A model generated the notes under the pieces. The model had not been told where the DNA came from. It ran no database searches and worked only from the letters and a program-made list of their open reading frames with translations. A DNA stretch of 61,863 nt, filler included, from Choristocarpus tenellus KU-1152 (taxonomy: Eukaryota; Protista; Phaeophyceae): the NCBI GenBank assembly GCA_964200185.2. It is 9 parts of 9 records of this genome, joined end to end, with 100 filler letters (N's around TTAATTAATTAA, not from the genome) between each part and the next. Parts side by side here need not be neighbours in the genome. Positions count along the whole stretch, not along the records: positions 33,675 to 43,068 come from CAXNAD020003717.1; positions 43,169 to 56,194 come from CAXNAD020001608.1; 7 more parts are not named here. The stretch is one strand, 5' to 3'. The position numbers and the translations under genes are program-made. This document shows positions 38,210-49,280 of the stretch, in pieces (within the stretch, counting starts at the first letter, position 1; every line of letters begins with the position of its first letter).

Positions 38210-39660
38210 TTTCCTCCGCTTGGAATTAAATGTAACACAACCTTTGCAAGTTCTGTTCTCGACTGGGAACGATCCACATATTAAACCCTCTGGACAAGGC
38301 TTAGTTCTTATATACATTGGGAGGTGTGCAAGATTTCAGAAGGTGGGCTGTCATGACTGTGGAGGAACACCAGTGCAAACTCGATCAAGTCGTGTTTGGC
38401 AGGGTTCTAAAACCTCGTGAAACTGTCAAAGTGGGTGTTTATTTGGGTGCCTTGAAGGACGACGACAGCCATCACGGAGGACGTGGATTTTCTCGAATCA
38501 CCACGTTCTGTCATCTGAAGGAAGGCGTATGCCAGCCAGGTTGCACCAGGTGAATGCATGGACTTGGTATGACATCACAAGGGTCGATGTTACCACCGTA
38601 CAAGTATCCTTGATGTTTGGGATGTCCTATCGGTACACTGCGATCTGGCCAATCATGGACACTAAGGTCGCTCAGCGATCCAGCAAACACTGCCGCAAGG
38701 GCGCCAAAGTCCTTGTGCCAGTCATGGTGGACGGGAGAGGTATAGGAAGCTCATAGTCGAGGATGTCATCCCAGAAATCAAGACCCACATGCCTAGGCCA
38801 AAAGGACACTTCATCTTTGCGCAGCAGGACGAGGCAAAGCTACATACCAAGGGTGGGATCATGGAGCAATTGAGGAGGTCACTGGGGACGATATTGTCAT
38901 AGAGACCCAGTCAGCCAACTAACCTGATCTCAATGTCAACGACCTGGGATTCTTTCATTCTATCCAGTATCTGAAGGAAGACGTGAGGGTGACCATGAAA
39001 GAGGAGCTGGCGGAGGCCACAATGGAGGCATTTGATGTGCACCCCTGGGAGACACTAGAACGCGTCTGGCAGAGCCTCTTCGCAGTCTATGGTGAGGTGT
39101 TGGGGTCCAAAGGTGACAATACCTTCAATATTCCTCATAAGCAAGGAAAGGGTTGAGAAGGTGGGCAAGCTCCCCCTGAATACCCCAGTGGATGTAGCGA
39201 AAAACCGTGGTGGAATGGAGTTTTGGAGGGCCTTGGGGGCGGAATCATAGATAGGTGTAGGCTGCCGCATTATGCTTGAGATTTTAGTGGGCAACCGTTT
39301 TGTGCCTGTGCAACAAACCCCATAAAGTACAACATGAGAAAAGAAATCTTGCTTCTTGATTGGGGCTGCAAATTTGAGTCAAAGTATCTTAAAGGGTAGA
39401 GCCCTGTCCGTTTGGGGGCCAAAATCCAATGTTGCAATTTCGATGTAAATTTGTCTATCGTGTTTGTTAGGAAGTGTCAATATCCTTGTTCGGATCACAC
39501 CTTTTCATACATTTTACCTACTCCGAAATATTTCGGAGTAGGAAAATGTCGTAAAAAAACCCGTGGGAAGGCAAGCCCCTAACGGACAAACAGGGCAAAA
39601 CTTGTACCCTCTAAGATACTTCCACTCCTTAAGGTTGCATTTAATTCCGAACGGAGAAAG
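38210..39660 (+). mobile_element. Tc1/mariner DNA transposon (plant/oomycete DD39D-like) with pseudogenised transposase
   Basis: TIRs TTTCCTCCGCTTGGAATTAAATGTAAC (38210) and GTTGCATTTAATTCCGAACGGAGAAAG-TA (to 39660). Broken ORF ~38330-39250 with IWPIMDTKVAQRSSK, FAQQD, PDLNVNDLGFFHSIQ and KGDNTFNIPH. Confidence 0.88.
39376..39627 (+). mobile_element. MITE family A, full copy nested just inside the mariner right TIR
   Basis: TIRs present; flanks TTT/CTT; perfect 26-bp palindrome CCTACTCCGAAATATTTCGGAGTAGG. Confidence 0.9.
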
Positions 39661-39914
39661 TATATTTTGTACTTACTGCAGTAGTATAGGATACAAGATG
39701 GAAGGAGAGCGAACGGAAAATAGGAAAACGTGACCATCACGTGGCGGGTCCAAGAAAAGAAATATCACTCGGTCAGTCACAGATAAAATGTTCCAACATG
39801 GGCAAGTCCATGGCCGTCATTACTCAACATGACCAGGGTCGCTGGCCAGTCATGCACAACCGAGCTCAAACGTGACCGAATCCATGACCACCAACAGTTC
39901 AACATAACCGATGT

Positions 39915-40174
39915 GACCCAAAGAATTTAAGAGAGTAGGAGTTTTTCCCTGTTTGTCCGTTTGAGGCTTGGCTTCACACTATCCCTTTTTAGGCTTTCTG
40001 TGTGAACACAGTTACCTACCCTGAAACATTTAGAAGTACAACTATGAAAGGTGTGTCCGAAGCAAGGATATTGGCACTTGCTAACAAACGCGATAACCAA
40101 TATTCATCAAAATCGCAACATTGGGTTTATGACCCCGAACGGACGCGGCCCTATCCTCTTAAATGCTTTGGGTC
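39915..40174 (-). mobile_element. MITE family A variant subfamily (TIR GACCCAAAGCATTTAAGAGG) nested in repeat family C
   Basis: Same internal sequence as family A, with concerted changes in both TIRs. Confidence 0.85.
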
Positions 40175-40949
40175 ATGCCGCCAGCCAACCATGTACAACC
40201 AATTTCGAACATGACAGAGTCTATGACCATCAACCATTCCAACATGGCCGGGTCCCGGGCCATGTAGCCAACAGTGGATATGTTATTTACCCGACCTAGT
40301 GAAAACCCTGACATTTTTTCTTGCTTTCTACTCACTCTCAAAAATTGCATATTTTCCGAAATTCTGTTCAATGGGTCAGCTCTAATTGCGATTTAATCTC
40401 ACTCAATACTGTGTTTACTTGTGATGATATAATGGAGTTAAAGCCCATGATTTCAGCTTCCAGTCTGTGTAACACTTGACGCATATATATTCGTCCGTTG
40501 GTATCTGCATAGATATTGGGGACCTTTTTGAAAGTCCTGATAGATCTCAGATTCTTCCGTATCACACGACACTATGGAAAACATGTTGTGGTTGTAAGGG
40601 AGAACAGGAGTAGACAAAGAGCTTTGATTATTTTCCACTGATTAAAGCCAACCTAATGCTGATTTTTTCCCCAAGAAAGGGGTCTCAGGATGGCAAAGAA
40701 CAAAAGCGAGAGGTTGAGAGGGCTGGCCTTAGAAGCACCGACAGATGTGACCCCAAGGATGCCGCAAACAAGAGGGGGGGAGTCCGAGGAAAAGCTAGGC
40801 AAGGGCCTGGATAGCTGTCGCGAGGAAGAAATGGATAGAGGGCTCTGCCTGATATAATCCTGTACTACCAGTTATTATCTACACCCATATGGGCGAAACC
40901 GAGGCTGTGGAGGGTGTCCGCTTAGCAATAGGAGTGGGACAAAGCAAGA

Positions 40950-41668
40950 TTTTCTGCACCACAAAAACGTGTAAGAAAAAATCTCTTGCAAGATCTTTCG
41001 TACCTCTGGGGATTGGAGGGAGGTTGTTCAAGTCAACTCTGATCAGAGGTGCAAGCTCCTTAAATCATCGCTCCACAAGAAGAAACCCTTTATCTTAGCA
41101 CAGCACTCATTCGGAAATGACCTTCCGTGGCGTGGCGACTTGGTGACCTGGGTAAGGAGAAAGTTTGGAGTGGAACTCTTATTGAGGGGTCTGGGTACCA
41201 TCCTGAAGCGTTTGGGCTATGTGCGGAGATGGGGTCAAACCAAAATCCAACCTCTGACACGGGGAGAAAGCACTCTTTTGGAGGTTCCTGGTTGAATGCT
41301 GGGGGATCCTTAAGGAGGAAGTTGCAAAGGAGGGAACGATTGCCCAAGTAAGAGATCAGGTAAGGCTTTGGTGGTACGGTGACTTTAACTGGAATCGGAT
41401 TGAGGGTGGATGGAAACAAGCAGATTGTGGCAAGCTTGTTGCCCATGCCCGGAGGGACATGAAAAAATACATCAAGACAGAGGAAAAGGTATTGGAGAGA
41501 GATATATTCAACCTGATGAACGTTCCAGATGAGTTAAAAAACACGAATGAGAAAGTGAGACCAATGCATTCTCTAGAGAGAGGAGGGGGAGAGGAAATTT
41601 TGCAGGAGGATTATGAGGTGGGCATCATGGTGGAAGATGGCAACAATGATAATGTTGAAGCTGACTAA
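40950..41668 (+). pseudogene. IS630/Tc1-like transposase remnant: winged-HTH part joined to a C-terminal tail, DDE core missing
   Basis: Frame reading DLVTWVRRKFGVELLLRGLGTILKRLGY resembles the IS630 winged-helix (HTH_33-type) motif. Stops and frameshifts; no TIRs found. Confidence 0.45.
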
Positions 41669-42505
41669 TCTGAGCCTGCAATTTAATATTTCGAAGTAAT
41701 GAATATCAAAAGACGACCCAGCAACACTCAAGAGTACTCGAAGTACACTCAGAAGCAGTCCAAGCCTGTTCTTCATCAAATGTTCTTTGCTGTCAATCAA
41801 AACGATTTGAGCCACCAAAAACAGATCCTATGAGTCCTGTGTATATCAGCATTCCAATCACAGGCTTCACATCATGAAGAGGTAAAACAAACAAGAAAAA
41901 ATGAAAAAAAAGCTCCCCATTGACATATAATGCACCCTATTGCTCGTTGTATTTGCCAGAAATCAAAGTGCAAGAGGTCCAGGAAGGCTATCGAGAAGGT
42001 CCATAACACATAGCAAGGACAAAGAACCCACTGAGCTAGTTCTATAGCACAATACAAGTTGTTAGAGCGATCATAGTACTCTGTGGTGCTCTAACCAGTC
42101 AGTTGCATTCTGTACAGGCATATTGTGCATACCATGCATCATGTACATAGATGTACAACCTTACTGTTTTGTATCACTGACTGGACTACTTGAATATTGT
42201 CTCACTGATAGCTATGATTACAATTATGTTGTCATATATGGACATTCATATATTGTGGATTCATTGGTTGAACATATCTTGATCATATAGGGCATTGCTA
42301 TAGTCCCCTTGTCTCTCTCGAATTCACTTTTCTTGTACTCCTCCCTCCGTTCTCTCAAGAACTCCTGTCATACGTCCTATCTCATACATAGATGAAGGAG
42401 ACTGTATAAAGTAGTGATAATCAAGACACCTGAGTACATCAATGGACACCTCATATTTCCTCTTTGAGACTCTCCAGACCCCAGAGTCTGGCATATTGGC
42501 ATATT

Positions 42506-42688
42506 ACACCAAAGCATTTAAGAGGGTAGGGTCGCGTCCGTTCAGGATCATAAATCCAATGTTGCGATTTAGTTGAATTTTGGCTATCGTGTTTGTTAGT
42601 AAGTGTCAATATCCTTGATCGGACACACATTTCATAGTTGTATACATTTTAGGTAACTGCTCACACAGACAACCGAAAAAAGGTATAA
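42506..42688 (+). mobile_element. MITE family A variant, truncated where it meets the second mariner fragment
   Basis: CCAAAGCATTTAAGAGGGTAGGGTCGCGTCCG... matches the reverse of 39915-40174. Confidence 0.8.
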
Positions 42689-43068
42689 ACTTCTCAACCC
42701 TTTCCTTGCCAAGATGGGGAATATTGAAGGTATTGTCACCCTTGGACCCCAACACCTCACCGTAGACTGTGAAGAGGCTCTGCCAGACGCGTTCTAGTGT
42801 CTCCCGGGGGTGCACATTAAATGCCTCCAATGTGGCCTTCACCAGCTCCTCTCTGATGGTCACCCCCAAGTCTTCCTTCAGTTGCTAGATGGAATGAAAG
42901 AATCCCAGGTCATTGGCGTTGAGGTCGGGTAGGGTGACTGGCTGGGTCTCTATGACAATATCGTCCCCTGCTGCATCTTCAATTGCACCATGATCCCCCC
43001 CCTGGTGTGTCACTTTGCCCCATGCTGCAGAGAACAAAGATGGGGCAAAGCATTCTGCTCAATCATGA
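42689..43068 (-). mobile_element. Second copy of the DD39D mariner transposase (3' part, cut by the contig end)
   Basis: PDLNANDLGFFHSI*QLKEDLGVTIREELVKATLEAFNVHPRETLERVWQSLFTVYGEVLGSKGDNTFNIPH, closely matching 38880-39160. Confidence 0.88.
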
Positions 43069-44181
43069 NNNNNNNNNNNNNNNNNNNNNNNNNNNNNNNN
43101 NNNNNNNNNNNNTTAATTAATTAANNNNNNNNNNNNNNNNNNNNNNNNNNNNNNNNNNNNNNNNNNNNCCCTGCCCCTGCCCCTGCCCCTCCCCATCCCC
43201 CTGCCTTTGCACCTGCGCCTGGGTGTGACCCCACTACCTGCATTCCAGATGTAGATGAGGAAAGAATCACATAAAAAAAAATGTTGCAAATAATGTCTCA
43301 AGGCAGGAGTCTTGAGTGCTCAAGCTGTGTCAATGCATGTGGGTTGACAAAAATCATCCAATAATTCATGTAACATGTGACACGACCCGATATTGTGGTC
43401 TAGTGTAGTCTACTTGTCTGGTCCTGCACGCAACACGCACATCATTTAGAAAACCAACGGTGAAATAAACAACAATGTAGACAGGGATCTGGCCACATCT
43501 CTTTTGTGCCCTGGGGGTATTGTGTTGCCAGATGCTACACAGGCAGGTAGGTCAAGGTCAATAGCGTTGAGATGTAGTACATGTAGCAAAAACAAGAAGG
43601 TTGATCCCCAGGACTCTCAGGATGCCATGTGCATACCAACACATCTAGCTAGGGTAGTACTGCTCAGAGCAAAGTGGGCTACTCTTGCCCACAAAGGCCA
43701 GTCTCCTCACCTACATTTGTCGTGAAGTTGAACACGGTATACACCTCCTAATGTTGTGCCTCAAAATTCCTGTAACTCAACCACAACCAAATCATCCCTT
43801 GTCCTTTCATGTCTACTCCCACGTCTCACCCATCACACTGAGCCCCACGTATTTTCAGGAAGCATCCCATCCCCTCTTGAGATGTACAGTGGGTGGTTTT
43901 CCTGCCTGCCTAGAGCCTACACAACCTCTACCTTCAATGCTATATATAACCAGAGCTATTAGGCCCCCGAGACTAATGCGAAGATAATGGTTGAAAGTGC
44001 AAAGCAGTACAACACACTAGGAACACTAGCAACAGCACAGTTTTTCTTTTTTAAGGGTCCTGTAATTTAGCTGCACTGCTGTGATCCTCCAGGCATTGAA
44101 CACCGCCTCTTAATATTTTATTAATATTTTATATATACACATATTCAGTACGTACGTCTCTGCAACAACCAGACCACTCAC

Positions 44182-47100
44182 CTGGCTAAGGCGTCTGCCT
44201 TTTCCTTTTCCTTTTCCTTTTCCTTTCCCGCTCACAAGGGAAGATGCCAAAGGTGCCATTGCCGGCTGGGCAGTAGGGAAATACCAATCGTCTGCTGCAT
44301 TGGACTGTTCCCATCCCTGGAAAGAATGAGTTGGTGGGGCTGGTGCTGAAGGTACAGAGGCAGCAGGTGCCTGTACTGGAGGAAGTGATTCATGTAGAGA
44401 AGTGGCCCCAGATGAACTGGATGAACTGGATGAACTAGAACTTTCATTCGAAGTGTATGGTGGCTGATCCTGTACCCAAGGTGGTTCCAATGCCCAAGAG
44501 GGAAGAGACCGTCGGTCAACGGGTCGCCTCCTCAGACGCCTCGCTGCTAAAGCCGCCAAAATCCGCGATTCTCTACTCAAACGGAGAGCAGAGAGACCCC
44601 CCACAGCACCACAAGGTTCACCATCCTTTATGCTCCCCATGTCGAGGTCAATCTGTACGGGCGGAAGACGGGAGTATCTGAGGGGCAACTTGTAGCACCC
44701 TATAGATATCCTCGCTACAGGCAGCATGTTAAACATTTCAAAACACACCAAGCCTTTGATTAAGGGTAGCAGCCAACGGTCTTCACCTGCTTCATGTGAC
44801 CTTCCCACCCTGCCTCCGCATCATTGGGAATTCCCATGCTGGCCCACATATCCCTATACTTAATGTACCAGGCATGGTCCTCGATCTGTGCTGTACAATA
44901 TCTCTCACTTGCTATGATGGTGCCCAAGTGTCCCAGGAGGTCCCACAGATCTGAGGGGAGGGGAGGGGAGGGGAGGGGAGTTGCACGCTTAAGTGTGATA
45001 ATATCCAATGCATCTTTGCAATGGCAAAAGAAACCGGGCATGGGAGGAGGAGTGGGGCCAGCAAATGGTATGAATAAGTCTCTCATGCATGGCAGATTTG
45101 CTAAATCCCCCTGGGTCTAATTGGACCCCTAGCTATTGATGGCTCTTGGGATCAAATGATCAAATGATCAAACATGGAACAGCTTGGGTGTTTGTTGTAC
45201 AGGTATGGTGGTAGTGTGATCTATCCTACCTCAGTACCCCCTTGTATTTTATGCTTTGATCACAGTTGTGCAATTGTTTCTTTATTTGTTTAGGGTGTTT
45301 CTTGTTTCACACCTCTCCCCCCCCCAAAAAACCAAAACACACCTACATACATATATTATCTTGTTCAAACTAACAGTAAGTACCAACAGGACGAGAGTCT
45401 CACCCTCGGGAATGTTCCCTGGTCGGACAACTGTATTGTTGGTGCCAATCCCTTTGACGGAAAAGTTTGGGATCGTCTTCTCAAGGATCATAGATGCGAA
45501 GGCCCACAGGTCTGCTGCACGGGCATCATATTTTGCGTACGGGTTGGTGCGATCACCATTGGCACACAGGAGGTACGCCATGGCCTGTTTGATGGGGGTG
45601 GATGTGCAGGCGGTGCACAGTGCAGTCAGTCAGTAGCGCTAAGGTCATTTGCAACCTCAAAGAGACGAGGAGGCAAATGATGGCCAGAGCTAGCTAGGGT
45701 GTGGATTCTGGAAAAACAACTCAGCACCAAAAACAAATGACAAATCAAGTACACAAAAAAAAGCGAGAACCACTCTATCCTGTCTGTGGTCAGTGGAAGG
45801 AGGAAGGTGAGTGCCAACTGTGGGAGTGATGCCCGCACGGTTTGGTTTGACACAGCGTGGGGAGAAAGATGGACACATATGGTAAGGACACGGCGTGAGG
45901 TCCTCTGAGAGCAAACAAATCTCGCACCCAGTTATACCGCACTTTCACAGTAAGCTTGGGATTTACAATCAACAAAACATGGAGCTAACACACACACACA
46001 CTCCTGTGATCAAAATCGAGAGACCATAGACATAGAGCACACAAAAAGGGGTAGGTGCACCAACCAGGTGGGCACAGCCGTGGATGGCTTGCCCTTACCG
46101 CATCGGGTGGGAGGTGACGCCATGTGAAACTCTTGGGCAGGCCAGCCATGGGCCTTCCGGTTCTGTCCTCCTGCCAGGTGCAAAGTGCAAAGGTGATCGA
46201 TGTTGCGTGCACCTACCTAGGGGGGTTGATGCTAAACCTATAACCCTAACTCTTCATTCATCCACTGTGGTCATTGTGGTTAGCAAGATTATGCCGCATG
46301 TCTTACAATGAGGAAAAGAATACCCAACAACAACAAGAACGTAGGTGCTTGCACAAATCGGGAAGTACAGCAGACAGTATAGTATATATACTGGACTATT
46401 TAATAAATACTCTACTACTTGAAAGTATGACTGACGTATGTTGCTTTCACCGTGCAAATCGGGAACAAATATTTCAGTGGCACTTCCACCCTGTACAAAA
46501 ACACACCAGCAATTAATTAGTACCCCAAAAACGAGTACAAGGGGTGCAAAAAAAATAACAAAAAACATGGAAACATGTTGCACTATCCAACATCATCATG
46601 AATAAATTACCTCCTGGTACTCCGACCCACCCCCAGTGCAGTTGGACAACCTTCCACATTCCTACAAAAACCTTGACACTACTACACAGTTGACGAGTAC
46701 AGTATGACATGCTGCAACTCCTCTGGAAGAGTAGAAAAAATAATCTCACCGGTAATATAGTGAACCACCCACCTTTGATAGTTTACGGCAGCTCTCAAAG
46801 TCAATCAGGAGGGTCCGGAAACAGCCATCCTGGTTCTTGATGGGCTTTACCACAATGTTCTTCATCTTGATGTCTCCATGGTACAAGTTTTGTTTATGGA
46901 GAGTGTTTATGTTTCGGAGCGCCTTGAAATGGAGGGCAAATGGCCAACCAAGGCCAGGTGATGCAATGAGAGGGGGACGGGGTAGGGCAGGACGGTCACG
47001 CCATCAATAGCGCCCTTGTTCTCCATCTCCCGGGGTGACAAGGGCTATTTCGTACTGTACTCAACTATTGTATGCGCATGGGGCAGAAAGACATCAGTAC

Positions 47101-49280
47101 AGTACAGCCATGACCACAACCCCACATGAAACTACACACTAGTTAATGGAACGAACCACTGCAATATACATGCCACACACACAATGGCCACACCTGCCAC
47201 AAAATCAGCTGTGCCATTGGCGAACTCAAGAATGGGACCCCGCAGTCATCATTCTTGTCGAGTACGGTGAAGAACGCCTGCAACTCCCTGTTCGACAAAC
47301 ACAAGAGTGCAAAACGAGACAAGAGGCAGGGGTGGGAGTGACAGGTTCGGCGAGTCTTCATTCCAATCACTTGTGAATTAACTCATCCGGAACGGAGCCC
47401 TGGGAGAAAGAAAGCAGGACACCATCATCATAATCTTGTCTTGCGTGGGCGCCAACAATGCTCTAGCACGCAGCAGCACTAACTAACTTCTATTGTGTGC
47501 TGCTTGCACGTAACATCACTACTACCAACACAGCTCCTGGTCTACCGCCAAGATCACCATATCCGCAGTCACTTCTACTCCCCACACCTCCAATCAATGC
47601 AACAACCTCAGAGATGTGGCTGCAGCAGCTGTGGTCAAAGATTAATAGAAATTGTAGTGTGCGGCTGATGCGCTGCTCATCACACCATGTGACTCGCTGG
47701 TTGGAATTACGGCGCAGGATATAGCCGCCGGAAGTCAAACGCCATGCCACAAGCCTCTACTTGCATGAAGGGCAGAGGCAGAAATCGAGATGGGACCACG
47801 AACTGATGGGGAGGTCATGTACGAAGCACAATGCCCGACGTGCGTTTCGATTTCCTTGATGCGACGTGAGGTAGGTTTTGACAGGGGACGCCAAACCAAA
47901 CACCACTTTTATCGCTTGCCCTAGGTGAGAGGGGAAAATCTCACCAGCCAGCACATTACGGTGGGGAACAGGAGGGCCAAGGGCAGGGGGGCAGGGGGGC
48001 AACAGCTGGCTCACATTCCACCATCCTCCATCAAGATCGCTCCGGGGACCTCGCCGTCCCCAGAGCACCAGCAGTGCATCCTCGGTGCCACCCGCAACCT
48101 CTCCACCTCCAGTAGCATCTCCGCTTCACGTCGGGGTTTCTTCGACGTGTTCGGGCCGTACTGCTTTACGACCTGTGAACAAGAAACCGACCGAAAAGAA
48201 ACATACTCAGAGATTGTGCACACCGCCACCATCCTCGTTTTGTAGGTTGTCTCTCTTTTCGTGATGCTGGGGTTAGCGCACTCCAGGGCTCTGCTCTTAC
48301 CTTTTGGTTCCCCTCGTCAACGCGATACAAACTCTCGGTCCCTCCCGTCCCTCCCGTCCCTCCCGTCCCTTCAGGTGACACGAGGTTTATTCTGGTATAC
48401 ATACCGTGGAAGCTGCTGCACGTCACACGTCTATCGTCGACTTCATTCGCAGGCATCATCAGTCCTTCTCAAGGAAGGTGCACTTTAGACAATCTGCTCT
48501 TTCTTCAACAAGGGACTATTTTCGATGGCACCTACTGTCGCCCTTGTATTGGACAACCAACCTCGATTTTTGGAGCTGGGGTGAAAATGTAACCGATTCA
48601 TCGGACAGAAGTAGCGTGCCCAAAAGAGGGCAGGCATTACTTGCATGGGATCGTAGCGTATTGTTTTCGCGGGTCACCTTGATGTATCTGAGTAGGGATT
48701 GATGCACACCTGGTCGTTAGGTGGTGATGTCACGTGCTACTACTGTACATCGTATACACGATAAACACTCCACTCAACACTCAACTACAGAGACCAAGCA
48801 CTGTACAACAGTACGGCCACCGTTCTACATGCAAGTTGCACGACATTAGAGATTGGAGATGGGAGGTGTACTCTACTGCTACGCTACTACACACTGTTGT
48901 ACTATCTGTTGTTGTACAAGATCACACCTTAGCTTTTGTTGGAAGTGTGGGAAGGGTTTGCAAAGACGGTTTCTGCCCAGAACCTTGGAAAGGCATTTTC
49001 TATTGAGATGTGGATACATACGTGTATCGATCGTATCATGCACGAACCGATCGTGACACGGTTTGAATTTGAACTGGTACTCCAAATAACACCACTGTCG
49101 GGTATGTTGTGTGTTGTACAAACACCTAACCTCTGCTGGTTTATCACCTCCCGGGGTTTCAATTCACCTATTCTCAACGGTCGGTCCGTACCGGTGACCA
49201 TTTCCATCCCAAACAAATTAGCCTCTAAGCGTCGGGCTTGGTCTCGTCTCTGTGGCTTCTCGAGCGATACGGTCAACTCT
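44182..49280 (-). CDS. Atypical non-RD Ser/Thr protein kinase, multi-exon, partial (possibly decaying)
   Basis: Phase-consistent exons 48464-48301 (GTGGTESLYRV), 48172-48015 (VVK...RREAEML...ILMEDGG), 47287-47194, 46922-46773 (LHKQNLYHGDIKMKN...LIDFE), 46170-46099 (FTWRHLPPD), 45584-45404 (AADLWAFA), 44950-44787 (DLL...ERYCTAQIEDHAW) and 44652-44182 (S/P-rich tail). Likely upstream exons at ~49280-49129 and ~48687-48641, and possibly more to ~50500. Confidence 0.8.

Noticed and set aside
47690-47921. Second kinase catalytic loop (VHDLP...HLDF), suggesting a tandem kinase
   Set aside because: That frame has a stop shared by both paralogs, and substitutions favour another frame. One complete kinase domain is obtained by splicing 48015 to 47287.
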